Shown here: piece after piece, positions 27,800-40,333 of the stretch
Layout: each line of letters opens with the position of its first letter
Position numbering within the stretch: the stretch's first letter is position 1
From: the human T2T-CHM13v2.0 reference genome, Homo sapiens
Length of the DNA stretch: 64,000 nt
Reading direction: 5' to 3' (one strand)
Assembly: GCF_009914755.1 (NCBI RefSeq)
Contig: NC_060938.1
Notes under the pieces: model-generated
Seen by the model: the letters and a program-made list of their open reading frames with translations, nothing else
The model's database searches: none
Told to the model about the DNA's origin: nothing
Position numbers and translations under genes: made by a program

Positions 27800-29020
27800 T
27801 CACAGATATGCCAGCTCTCTTTCCAGGTATATTGTAGGATTGCATGTCCCCACCTCCTTTGAACTAATTGTGACCGTGTAGCTTTCCTGGACCAAGGAAA
27901 TCTGAGTGGAAGTAAAGTGTGTCACTTCTGGGTGGAAGCTCTCGAAGCCATGTACTCATGTACAATTCTCATATTCCCTTTTTGCTGCCTCAGTGATGGT
28001 GAAGGCCCAATTGGGGCGATTCTGCCTAGCCAGGGTTTCTGAGTATCTATGGCAGAGCCCTCCTGCTGACCAGTGTCAGACATGCAGCAAAAGCAAAAAT
28101 AAAAAAAACGAACAACCACATCAAAGAGTGGGCAAAGAATATGAACAGACACTTCTCAAAAGAAGACATTTATGCGGCCAAGAAACACATGAAAAACAGC
28201 TCATCATCAATGGTCATTAGAGAAATGCAAATCAAAACGACAGAGAGATACCATCTCACTCCAGTCAGAATGGCAATTATTAAAAAGTCAAGAAACAATA
28301 GATGCTGGCGAGGCTGTGGAGAAATAGGAACGCTTTTACACTGTTGGTGGGAATGTAAATTAGTTCAACCATTGTGGAAGACCGTATGGTGATTCCTCAA
28401 AAATCTAGAACAAGAAATATCATTTGACCCAACAATCCCATTACTGGATATATACCCAAAGGATTATAAATCATTCTACTGTAAAGACACATGCACACAT
28501 ATGTTTATTGCAGCACTATTTACAGTAGCAAAGACATGGAACCAACCCAAATGCCCATCAATGATAGACGGGATAAAGAAAATGTGGTACATAAACACCA
28601 TGGAATACTATGCAGCCATAAAAAGGAGTGAGATCATGTCCTTTGCAGGGACGTGGATGAAGCTGGAAGCCATCATCCTCAGAAAACTAACACAAGAACA
28701 GAAAACCAAACACCACATGTTCGCGCTTATAAGTGGGAGTTGAGCAATGAGAACACAGACACACAGAGGGGAACAACACACACCAGGGCCGGTTGAGGGG
28801 TAGGGGGTGAGGGGAGGGAACTTAGAGGACAGGTCAATAGTTGCAGCAAACCACCATGGCACACATATACCCATGTAACAAACCTGCACATTCTGCACAT
28901 GTCCCAGAACTTAAAGTAAAAGAAAAAGAAAAGAAGAAACTAAGCTTATGTAGTGTTTAAGCCATGAACTGTGGGAGATGTTTGTTACAGCAGCATAACC
29001 TATGTCAACCAGACAGTTAC
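27800..29020 (+). mobile_element. Old MLT1 LTR split by an L1PA insertion
   Basis: GAGTGGAAGTAAAGTGTGTCACTTCTGG before the L1 and TTTAAGCCATGAACTGTGGGAGATGTTTGTTACAGCAGCATAACCTA after it. Confidence 0.7.
28097..28938 (+). mobile_element. 5'-truncated L1PA (L1PA8-11-like): ORF2 C-terminus, 3'UTR and A-rich tail
   Basis: [18 protein letters not shown]...[17 protein letters not shown]; MFIAALFTVAKTWNQPKCPS...LISGS*; tail CCCAGAACTTAAAGTAAAAGAAAAAG. Confidence 0.96.
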
Positions 29021-29372
29021 ACATTTTTGTGGTGGTGGCAGCCGTGATTTGCTGCTCTGTTTTTCCTCAGTAAGGTCTATAATGTCGGGATTCGTGTTTT
29101 GTCCTGGCTACCAAGTCCACCCAATGCCTAGCACACAGTGGGGCTCAGAAGATGTTTGCTGAATGAATGAATGAATGAACAGGCTCAATGGAGAATGAGT
29201 CAAAAATAAGATGGTCTGCTGACAGGCATTTCCTGAACTGGAGAGACGGGCTTGACACGTGCAGATCATGACACCCCATGCTTTAGGGATGGAGGACCAC
29301 GGTGTGTGGGTTTTTAAGTCTATCCAAAAATCCTATCCAAGTAACTAGTTATTACCTTTTAAAGGTAAGGCA

Positions 29373-29663
29373 GGGAGGGCGCTGTGGCTCATGCCTTTAA
29401 TCCCAGCACTTTGGGAAGTCGAAGCAGGCAGATCACCTGAGGTGAGGGGTTTGAGACCAGTCTGGCCAACATGGTGAAATCCCGTCTCCGCTAAAAATAC
29501 AAAAATGAGTCGGGTGTGATGGTGACACGTGCCTGTAATTCCAGCTACCTGGGAGGCTGAGGCAGGAGAACCGCTTGAACCGGTGAGGCAGAGGTTGCAG
29601 GTTGCATTGAGCCAAGATTGTGCCAGTGGGTGACAGAGTGAGACTCTGTCTCAAAAAAAAAAA
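29373..29663 (+). mobile_element. Alu (AluS-type)
   Basis: Alu body with a small right-arm deletion; perfect TSD AAAGGTAAGGCA at 29361-29372 and 29661-29672. Confidence 0.96.
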
Positions 29664-31959
29664 GGTAAGGCAAAGAGATCCGTCATGCTTGGGTGAATTG
29701 CGTAAGGCCACACAGCTAGCAAATAAGCAGCCAGTCTGACTCCAGAGCCAGAAGTGGTCCTCTGCTTGGCTGGACACTCACAGCCCCAGCACAGGAGCCC
29801 CAGGAGGAAGTCCACACTCTCATTGTTCACCGGCTGCTTCTGTTAAACTTACACAGGTGAAAGCTCAACGATGCAGTGAGCAAACACATGTCAAATGTCA
29901 ATCTACTGTCAGTCTTCAGATGCCTTTTGGAGAATGTGGAACTCACAGAAGTCAGGAAGCCTGCAGAGTCAGAAAGAGTGCTGGGTGGTTATTAGGAGTC
30001 CTGCATTCGAGCCCTGGTATCACAGCTGTGTCATCACTTACCTGTGCCTTGGTTTCCCCTATTGCTATAGCAGACAGGCTGGACAAAATCACCCCTAGGA
30101 TCCATTCCAGCTCTAGAGTTCTACAGTTCCTGTGAACATGCCTCCGGCTGATGCAGGAAAGAAAGTCAAACCCTTTTAAGAAAATCACTAAAGCCCTGAA
30201 ATTGCATGAACGCCTTTGAGATTGCTGAAAGAAAGGCATTTGCTAAATCCCCTCTATTATTTCCTAAGGATATTTTTTATTATTATTATTTACCAAAGGA
30301 ATTTCTGGACAGAGTTTAAGTGCCCCAGAGCCTACAAAATAATCATCTCTTCGACACACAACAAAAGGGTCTGAATATTCTTGGCTGATGACTTTTTCTT
30401 TGAAACACATTCTCCATGGAACAAAGGGGTTTTTTTTCTTTTTTTTCCCCAATCTCTCAGAGTTTAAGTAAAACACACACAGATACACACAAACCTCTTC
30501 ATGATCACCAACCCAGAAAACTTTAAAAGTTGGCCAGATGGCCTAAGAACACATTCAAAATACTACCGATTCTCCTCCAGGTCATGCCCAGCACCATTCA
30601 CTATTGGGGGAGTTGGTTATCAGGAACAAGACAAAAATGATCTCTATTTATTGAGAGCAAGGAGCCAGGCTTTGTGCCAAAACTTTTATGTGCATTATCT
30701 CATTTAAACTTCTGCATAACCCAGGGAGGAAGACGGGAAAACACAGACTAAGAGAAGTTTAGTCTAGGATCTCACAGGTGGTAGGAGCTGGTGTTGGGAT
30801 CCAGTCTTGGGTCTCATCAACTCTGCAGTTCATGCTGTCTCCCACACTCCATCACATTTCATCCTCATGCCCAGCCTAGAATGCAAGATTAGAAGGCCCA
30901 TTCTACAGACAAGGGAACCGAAGATGGGCCCCAGATAAAGCATTGGCCCACAGCTAATGCTTGTGAGTTGTGAGTTGGTCACTGAAGCCAGGGATCTAGT
31001 CCATCAGACCAGAAATCCTTTTGCCTGACTCCACACTATTTCCAGGCAATGCAGGCAATCAAGATGCATCCTCCCCTCATTTGGAGCTAACTTATGGGCC
31101 AATGTACTGCTAGTGCCAATTCCCAAAATTCTCAAGTGAATGAGAGAACAAGGAAATTATTTGCGGCACAAGTGAGCATGTGCAGTCAAAGGACAGATGA
31201 CATCTCCAGAGCCAGGGTGGAAATCTCTGCATTCGGTAGGCCCTGCAGTGATCCCTACTCCTGCCCAGGGATCTGGGCCCTGTCAGTAATTCCACTGCAG
31301 GCAGCTGTTTGCAAAGGTTAATAACTCGGACCATAAAAATTTGTGGCGAGTTGCAACTTGGCACCAGCTGCCTCAGAGTGCGAGAGAAGCTAGCGTTTGC
31401 AAAATATGGTTCAAATAATCCAGCCACCACCTCCCCCCTCGCAACCTTATTTTTCTTTAGTTTTAAGAGTGCAAGAAACATAGAAGTTCTGTGGTTTCAC
31501 ACTGATCTTTTTATGGTTCGAAAGACTCCAAAACAGAGTTGATTAAAAAAATGCCTGTGCATAATGCCGACCATTGTGTGGGCATTTTCAAGGAAGCATG
31601 TCATCCAGTGCGGGACGTCGGAGACTTGAATGTTCTTCTCGTTGGCTTAAAGAAAAGGTTTTGTTCTCAAACAAAAGAGACATCCTGACTCAACAACTGT
31701 TTGTGTCTTGACCTCTGCACCCAAACCCCAAATCTGTTCAGAAGAGGCAATTTGATACGAGAGAATGAGCAGGGACATTGGATCTAGCCAGGAAAACCTG
31801 AGGCCTGGCTCTGCCTCTTCCTGGCTCTAGGACCTTGGGGATCATGCTTCTCTGATTCTCACTTTCCTCATCTCTATAATGGGCACAGGAATTTCTACTT
31901 TGTAGGGTGGTTGAGAGATTTGCAAGAGATAAAGCATAAAATCAATTCACCACTTTGGA

Positions 31960-32940
31960 GAAAAAAAATTAAGAACTGACAAAGGACCAGGCATGGTTCT
32001 CAATGCTGGAAATCAACAATGAACAAGGCAGACCCAGCCCTTGTCCCAGTAGAGCCCACGTTCTTCCTGCTGGGGGAGCAGGCCATGAGTAAGTTAAGAA
32101 ATAAATGAGATTATGTTAGATAACAATGTCTTGAAGAGCAAAGTAGTGACTGCAGGGAGGAGTTGTGCTACTTCAGCACCAGGAACAAGCAGAGGCCTCC
32201 CTGAGGAGCTGGCATTCAAACTGAGGCTGAATGAAATGAAGGAAGTAGACATGTAAAAGTGGCTGGGCGAAAAGTGATCCAGACAGGAGGATTAGCAAGT
32301 GCAAAGGCCCTGGAGTGGAACTGGCAAAAGCCCTGGAGTGGAACTGCGAGGGCCAGGACAGGGCATGTGGAAGCACCAGGAGGTGGAAGAGGTGACACTA
32401 CAGAGAGATGCAGGGGCATACCGGGTGAGGCCTTAAAAAGCATGATGAGGGGCTGCATTGGGCTTTATTCTAGGCCCAACAGGAAGATACTGATGGGTTT
32501 GCAGCTATGGAATTCCAGGGTCTAACCTGCGCTCTGATTCTGCTTGCTAGATGGGGAAAGGATAATAGCAAAATAAGTATAATAGAAAAACACAGATCAG
32601 TTAAGAGACTTTCTCAGTCCAGGCAAAAGATGATGGGCTGCTGTGGGAACAATGGAGCTGGAGAAAAACATATTAACTTCAGGATACAGCTTGGAGGTGC
32701 GGCCATGGATGGATGGCAGCCAGAGAAGGAAAGAGAACCCAGGAACACGCAAACTTTAGAAGCTGGATAAAGGAGCGTGGATACAGCGGCCAGTAAGGGA
32801 GTGGGAGAGAATAAGAGAGTGTGATGTCCTGGAAGCATTGAAAAGAAAGAGTTTCGAAAAGGAGCAAACAAGATCACAGAGAAGACTGATGACCATTGGA
32901 TTGGCCAGTGGAGGTCACTTGGATGACTTAGATACATGAG
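31960..32940 (-). mobile_element. L2 LINE 3' segment (about 1 kb)
   Basis: GGCATGGTTCTCAATGCTGG...GGCCTCCCTGAGGAG...GCAAGTGCAAAGGCCCTGGAG...TGACCATTGGATTGGC; contains a 23-bp tandem duplication at 32301-32346. Confidence 0.8.
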
Positions 32941-34140
32941 AAAGCTGAGATGGCAAATACAGGCAGCTCTCTCACTCAGTCCAATAAATAGATGGTATTC
33001 CTAAATACCTTCTCTAGGAATGGATATTGAGCACCTCACACCATCTATTGATAGAGAACTTTACAGTTTACAGAGTGGTTTTATAGCAATTGTCTTATTT
33101 CTGGTGACTTATGAGGCTTCTATCATGATAATAAAGATATTCATAAAAATAATGTGGATGTTCAGATGCCCGGTCCATATGGTGGACTGAGCTGGCACAG
33201 ACGGACTGTCCACTCTGCCCATCCCCAGCCCAAACAAATAAAAATATTGGATACAATACAACAAAAAACTCTTCAAATACAAAGCCAAGCTTAAAAGCAA
33301 GGAAAGAAAAATCTCCAAGAGCTCAAAGTGAAGATAAAACTCAAACTGGAGTAATTGATGGAAGCTGAAAATGAACACGTCACAGGATATTGGACTTGAT
33401 TATAGGAACTGGAGACTAAGAGAGGAGATGAGACTTCAGGCTGAACTGAGGCAGAGATATGTCTCTGAGCCTCTGCACAAAACCAGGGACCAGAAAGCAT
33501 TGCTCACCCATGAAACTATAAGCTAAAACATTACTCCAAATTGGTCCAGAACTGACAAAACACACAAGATCCTAGCAGAGGCAAATGTAAAACTACTCAG
33601 AAGTGATACCTCTAAAACTAGAAAACCAAGCTCTAGAGAAAGCTACTACCCCCACTGAAGATGAGCTCACAATAAAATATTATAATCCATCCAAACAAAA
33701 AAAAAAAAACAAAAAACAAAAAAACACCCTAAGGTATGGTACCATCAAAAGACGTAGCAAAGGAGAGAAGTTCACCTTAAGAACTAGAAATAAAAGACAA
33801 TTTTGGGAAAAAAATCTTTAAAATAAGCATATTTAAAATCTTTGAAGAGAGACAGGAAGAAATACAAACCAAGAAATACATACAAGAACAAAATAGTATG
33901 TGAAAGAAAAGGCATATCTGAAGAGAACTAAAAGGAGATTCTAGAAATGAACAATGTAATAATTAAAATAGAAAAGTTCAAAAGGCAGGTTAAACAGAAG
34001 ACTAGACACATAGAAGCAAAAATATTGAACTCTAACACAGACATTGGGAAATCACACAGGATACAGGAAAAAGAGAGATAAATAACTGGAAAATATGAGA
34101 GAATAATTTGAGTTCTGCATGACAAAAAGAGAAGCACCAA

Positions 34141-34210
34141 TATATTAAGTGAAACTATCTTTATAGGTCAAAATGGTTGACTTTCAGCAATGTCATACAG
34201 CTCTACCTAC
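34141..34210. mobile_element. MADE2-like mariner MITE (left end partly deleted); second copy at about 35385-35455
   Basis: TATTAAGT..GAAACT..TTTATAGGTCAAAATGGTTGAC..GCAATGTCATACAGCTCTACCTA resembles the recalled MADE2 consensus. Confidence 0.6.
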
Positions 34211-34621
34211 TATGTCTAATATGAGTTGCAGAGAAGAAAACAAGAAAGAACGTGGGAGAGATAATTGAAGAGCTGAGAACTGACAATTTTTCAGAATTGG
34301 TAAAAAAAAAAACAAACCATGATGCCTCATATTGACTTGAGTAATATAAAATATAGTAAAACTATCAAATGTCAAGAACAAAGAGAAAAGCTTTAAAGTC
34401 ACCAGAGAGAAAAGACAGGAAGGACTGAAAAACAGCAGACCTCTTGTCAGCACCCTTCAAGAATAAAGGCAGTGGTACAATCTGTGAAAGGCTTACAGAA
34501 GGTACTAGCAGCCCACTATTCCAGAGTGAGAACTGAAAAAGACATTTTCAGGCATACAATTTATCAGCCACAGATTTGCACTAAATAAAAGTACTATGAA
34601 AAGAAGGGAACCAAAGTCAGA

Positions 34622-35690
34622 AAGAGGTGTTCAACATCACCAGGCATCAGAGAAATTCAGTTCAAAACCACAGTGAGACATCCCCTGACACCTGTTAAAA
34701 TGGCTATCGTCAAAAAGACAAGTGTTGGTGAGAGTATGGAGAAAAAGGAACACTTGCACACTGTTGGTGGGAATGTAAATGGGTACAGCCACCATGGAAA
34801 ATAGGATGGAGGTTCTTCAAGAAACTCAGGATAGAACTACCATGAGATCTAGCAATTCTACTTCTGGGTATGTACCCAAAGGAGTATCTCGAAGAGATAT
34901 CTGCACACCCCCATGTTTATTGTGGCATTATTCACAATAGCAATGATATAGAAACAACATAAGTTTCTATATCATAACAGATAAACGAGTAAAGAAAATG
35001 TGATATACAGTGGAATATTATTCAGCCATTAAAAAGAAGGAAATCCTGCCATTTGCAACAACATGGATAAAACTGAAGGACATTATGCTACATGAAACAG
35101 GTCAGACACAGAAAGACAAATACTGTTTGACCTCATGTATGTGCAGGATCTAAAAAAGTCAAACTCATAGAAGCACAGAGTAGAACAGTGTTTACCAGGG
35201 CCTGGGAAATTAGGGAAATAGGGAGATGTTGGTCAAAGGGTACAATGTTAAGTTATAAAATGAACAAGTTCTGGGGATCTAATGTGTAGCATGGGTGTTG
35301 ATGGATATGTTAACTAATTTGACTATGATAATGATTACATAATGTGTATATGTGTATCAAATCATGTATGCGAAGAAGCTTCAATATATTAAGTGAAACT
35401 ATTTTTACAGGTCAAAAATTGTCGGCTCTCATCAATTTCATACAGTTCTCTCTACTATGTCTAATATGAGTTGCAGAGAGGAAAACAAGAAATAATGTGG
35501 GAGAGATATTTGAAGAGCTAAGAACTGACAATTTTTCAGAATTGAAGAAAAAACTGTGAGGCCTCATATTGACTTAAGTAATATAAAATATAGTGAAACT
35601 ATCAAACATCAAGAGCAAAGAGAAAAACTTTGTACATACTGTATAATCTTTGATGACTAAGTACTTTACGAATTGTTTAAAAACCAGAAA
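34622..35690 (+). mobile_element. L1MA-like 3' end, with a duplicated segment inserted near its tail
   Basis: ORF2 C-terminus (CACTGTTGGTGGGAATGTAAAT...), 3'UTR GGGAGATGTTGGTCAAAGGGTACAA...AAGTTCTGGGGATCTAATG. Confidence 0.85.
35374..35631 (+). repeat. Diverged direct duplicate of 34130-34394
   Basis: Shared CAATATATTAAGTGAAACTAT...CTACTATGTCTAATATGAGTTGCAGAGA...AGAACTGACAATTTTTCAGAATTG...GCCTCATATTGACTT...AAAGAGAAAA. Confidence 0.93.
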
Positions 35691-36030
35691 GAAAGATGGG
35701 ACTACAAGAAGCAATGTGAGACCATAAATTGGTAAATGTGTTATAAGGCTAAATAAGTATTAACTGCAGAAAAAAAAAGGATGACTAATGTAAGGGTTAA
35801 AATAAGGTAGAGCTAAAATATTAAACATCAATAATATTTTTTAAATGGAGGGAGAGTTCAGAATTAAAGAGCTGTGAGATAAATTGTTAGGGAAGAGGAT
35901 AGAGATAGCTGTAGATTTTTGTTAATATTCACCTTAAAATTTGGGGTGGGAGGGCAACTGCTAAAAAAAAATATGTAGAATGTATTACTTCCAAACAAGT
36001 AGTTACAAAAAATAAAATCAACGCTGTAGA

Positions 36031-36244
36031 CAGGGATTATCAACCATTTTCTGTAGAGGACCAGATAGTAAATATTTTCATCTTTGGTAGCCATACAGTC
36101 TCTGTGAAAAGTACTCAACTTCACCACTGTAGTGAAAATGCAGCCAAAGACAGAATGTAAAGGGCAATGTCTCAATAAAATGTTATTTACAAAAATAGAT
36201 ACGTGTCTGGATTTGGCCTACAGCCCATAGTTTGCTACCCTTTG
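36031..36244. mobile_element. MER58A
   Basis: CAGGG...TTTTCTGTAGAGGACCAGATAGTAAATATTTT...GGATTTGGCCTACAGCCCATAGTTTGCTACCC. Confidence 0.88.
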
Positions 36245-37440
36245 CAACAGATGGCAAATAAAGGGACTGTAAAAAGTAATAAACAAAAGTATATATTTAG
36301 AAAACAAAAAATAAGTCCTAGAATCACAATAAATGTAAATGGATTAAAATCATCTATTAGAATATCCAAGTTGTAGAATGATATGGTATGATGTCATGTA
36401 TATACAGGTTTAAAACACACGTACAATACCATTTGTTGTTTATAGATATGTTCATGTTTAGTAAAGCTACTGAAAGGGACACATACAATTTGAGAGCATA
36501 GTACCTTAGACAAAGCATGAGGAGAATAGATTTGGAGAGGGATACAAATGCCACAACAATCTGTCAAAGATTTTGTTTTCAAAGCAAACAAAAAAACCAA
36601 AGCCAATTTAGTGAAACAATAATATTTATTTATTCTACATAGTGTGTACATGGGTATTTGTTACAATACTCTATATTTTTCTTAGGTTTGAAAGCATTTT
36701 ATTTTTTAATCACTTGCATCTCATTTACACTTTAACAATCATTAGGGGAGTTGTATTATAAACTTCATTTCTCCAGATGAAAAATGTGAGGTTCTAGAAG
36801 GGTTAAGAGGCTTGGAAAACTGAGACCATGATCTTAGAACTCAATTAAATGAGGTCTAGATACTGCAAGACACTTTGTGAGAACTTGAAGACATGTGTTT
36901 AGCAAACACTTACCCTCCGTAATCCCTGAGGCACCTACCTTTTGCCAGATACTCATTCTCTTCTCATTCTCTTCTAACTATATTCCTGTGTCAACCACTT
37001 CCTATCCCTCCTCTGCTCTCTGGAAATCTACGGTATGAAAATATAGCTTGAATCACACCCTACTCCAGCTCTTGAATACCAGCTGTAGGCCCAAGGATAT
37101 AAAAATAAAAAGGATACTGCTCTCTCCAAGTGGTTTAATTTCCAACTCGACTATCCTCTACCTGGACAGGCATTAACTTCTTCTCTAAGCCTCCATTTCT
37201 TCATCTGTAAAATGGGAATTAGCATCCCTAACCTAAATGGTTCCCAGGATTTTTGTAAGAATAAAATGAAATTGCCTAGTAGATTACTATTCTGACAGAA
37301 AAAGTCCAAACTCCTGAGCATGCCACTCAGAGCTGCCTTGAATCTCACCCCTTCCCGCCTTTGAGTGTTTTCTCCTGTGACACTCACTCTACACCCACTC
37401 CCCAGTCATTCCATTTACTCCACCACTTCCAGGCATTAAC

Positions 37441-37527
37441 TGGATTGATGTAAAAGTAATTGCGGCAGTTTTTGCCATTGAAAGTGATGGCAAAAACCAC
37501 CGCAATTACTTTTGCTCCAACCTAATA
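37441..37527. mobile_element. MADE1 (Hsmar1-derived palindromic MITE)
   Basis: AAAAGTAATTGCG...GTTTTTGCCATTGAAAGTGATGGCAAAAAC...CGCAATTACTTTTGCTCCAACCTAATA. Confidence 0.93.
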
Positions 37528-37817
37528 CCAGGATATTTCCTCTTTCTGCACTGCCTTCTTGCCCCAGCTCTTCATCATTAGTCAAAATTAAATTTTACCT
37601 GAAATAACGTGACTTTCAAGAAGCTTTCTCAACATCTTCAGTGATGAGTAGATGTCTCTTCCATCCAGCTTTCATAGTCTTCGCTTATGGATTACTATAA
37701 ACATTCTTCCTTATATGCAAACTGTTTCAGTGACTAAATTATGAGTTCCTGGATGAAACAGCCTTCAGAGTGTCCAGCTTTGGTGCTCAATAAATGCCTC
37801 TGTGATTGACTGAACAA

Positions 37818-38076
37818 AGCTGTGGCCAACTGAGCTCCATTAGGTTGAGTAGGGTTGAACTGAGTAAGGTGAGTACCGTTGGGCGGTGTTGAATTGAGCC
37901 AAACTGGGCGGTGTTAAAGACAGCATGTTGGGCTAAGCTGAGCTGATGTGAGCTCTGAGCTGAGTTGAGCTGAGCCTGGCCAGCTAAGGTAACATGAGCT
38001 GAGGTCCACCGAGCTGAATTTAATTGTGCTAAATTGTGCTAGGCTCCACTGAGCTGAGTCAAGCTGCATTGATCTA
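37818..38076 (+). repeat. Degenerate (TGAGC/TGAGT/TGGGC)n pentamer array, switch-like
   Basis: GGGCTAAGCTGAGCTG...TGAGCTGAGTTGAGCTGAGC; about a dozen AGCT in 260 bp. Confidence 0.8.
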
Positions 38077-39504
38077 ACCCTGGAAACTGAAGATCTCACA
38101 ACAGTTTGGGCTTCTTTAGATAGAAACACTCTGGCACCTACTCCCAATTATACACTGATAGTTCATCCACTAAGAATTAAACCACTTCGAGAGAAATACA
38201 AAGGCTGACTTCCACCAAGTACAAGGGCCTAGGGCGAGCTATGTTGCTCAGTGAATTGTGTACATTTTCTAGGCATGGGATCACAGAAACCAACTGGAAT
38301 GAATTTCAGAATGTTTTGTGTAACTGCTGTCTTCTGCCTGGTTGCTGTATTCCTTAGGCAGAGCCCAATGGGGGAAAAGAATTTGCGGGAATAGCTCCCA
38401 CCCAGGAGGGCTTGCAATGGCAAACTGCTCCCAAGGAGAGATCAAGGTTGAGTGCTGACGTACCAAAAAATAATAAATATCTGCTACATCTAATATCCCC
38501 CACAGTCAACAAAAACATCAAACAATTCCATCAGAAAAGAATTAGGTTTATAAGGCAGCATGTTGGAGTGAAGAAAAGATGGACTTTGAAGTCAGGGAAA
38601 TCCTTGTGACTTGTTAGCTGTAGAAACTTAGATTATTTCATCTCTCTGGATTTTAGTTCCCCTGTGTATCAAATGAATAAAATAAAATTAAAACAAAAGC
38701 CACCTACCCCATAGAGTTGCAAAAAGAATTAAATAAAAGGGTCTTTATGAAGCTCCTCACGTAGCACTTGACATATGGTAGATATTTAAACAGAACTGTC
38801 GCTCCCCTCTATAATGGTTTCATCTGCAACTGCTGTGGACATTCCTTTGAAACTGCTCATTGAGTCATCTGGGCTCTGTAGACTCACCCTGGTCATTCAG
38901 GGACTTACATTTGAAGAAAAGCAGTGAGTAGTTTCACACATACCTGGCCCTCCCTAGAACACGTTAGGCCAGTCACAGTCTCTCACCAGGCTCCATTTCC
39001 CAGTTGTTAAAGGACGGGTTATACTGGACGGCCTCTAAGAGCCCTTTCAGTTCTAACACTAGGGTCACCTGCTGATTTCCCCAGGCACCCAGGAAAGCAG
39101 AAGCCCTCAAGGCCCATCTTATGTACACATGGGCCCTGGCCACAGTAAAGAACGTGCATCATTAATAATGCTCATGCTAAGTGGGACGTTCTGGAAATGA
39201 AAAGGCTTATTTATGGGGGCCTGGAATGGGGAACCAACATTCTTGCTGTGGCCGCCCATCACACTGGCCCCTTTCAGCATCTGAAAGGGCCGCACACCTC
39301 CCACTCTGTGCATTTGCACCCACACCATCCTCTCTGCTGGAAGGTGCTTGCCTACCTTTCACCTAGTTAACACCTCATCTACTCTTCCACCAGGGCTTAG
39401 CTCAGTCTTGATTTTTTTCAGGGACTCCCCACCTGGCCTCCAAGATAAGTCAAATTCTCTGATTATACATTCTCATAACAGCGTGGATCTCTCTGCATCT
39501 GCCA

Positions 39505-39995
39505 TGTATTGCCACAATAAGGCTGCGTAACAAAACCACCCTGAAACTTAACACAGCAACCATACATGGTTTCTGTTTGTCTGTAAGATGACTGAGCAGT
39601 TCTGTCAATTTGGGCCAGGCTTAGCTGATCTCAGCTGGACTGGCTCTTGCATGAACATTTCGCTGCTGAGTTGGCTTGGGGGTTGGCTGGTCTATGACAC
39701 TTCAGCTGTTGCGGCTCTGCTGTACTCTCTGTGGTCTCTTTTCTGCAGCAGGCTTGCCTGGCCACATCCTCACGGGGTGGCAGTAGCCTGCAAGGCCTCT
39801 GGAGGCCTAGAATCAGAACTGGCACGGCATCACTTTCTCTGCACTCTATTGGACAAAGCAAGTCACAGATCATCCTGTATTCAAACGGTAGGGAAATAGC
39901 AGCCACCTCTTAATGGGAGGAACTGCAATGTCACTTTGCAAAGGGCTTGGATACAGGAAAGGGTGGGCAGGTAGAGCTGTTTCTGCAATCGATGT
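39505..39995 (-). mobile_element. MLT1 (H-like) solo LTR
   Basis: CACAATAAGGCTGCGTAACAAAACCACCCTGAAACTTA...CTATTGGACAAAGCAAGTCACA...CACCTCTTAATGGGAGGAACTGCAA. Confidence 0.8.
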
Positions 39996-40333
39996 ACCTC
40001 ATTCCCCCTTTAAAGTACCTGTCAAGGTCATTTTCCCCTCTACATATGTGACTATTACATACATACCATTACATGTAAGTCCCAGGAAGGCTTGAACCAA
40101 GTCCTGGGGTATTTTTTTTCTCATCAGTCTATGCCAAGCATTCATTCATCAATTTACAGATGAACTACAAGGAAATGAGCATTGTGTTTAGTATTTCTTA
40201 AATATATTATCCCAACCTTCACCTTAACCTATTGAATAAACATTATGTTCCCTCCTTTACCTGTCGGTGCTTTGAGACTCAGAGAGAAAAGACAACTCCC
40301 CTAAAGTTAGAAACTGAGATCCAGCAAGATGGT

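Larger units (their letters stand above)
33150..36710 (+). mobile_element. Very old L1M (5'/ORF1-type and 3' pieces) hosting nested insertions
   Basis: Strongly A-rich L1-like sequence (GAGATTCTAGAAATGAA, ATAAATGTAAATGGATTAAA) interrupted by MADE2, L1MA and MER58. Confidence 0.7.

Noticed and set aside
28141-28743. L1 ORF2-like ORFs
   Set aside because: 5'-truncated L1PA with an in-frame stop; not a functional CDS.
32172-32192. REST/NRSE-like TTCAGCACC
   Set aside because: The right half-site GGACAG is missing, and the sequence lies within an L2.
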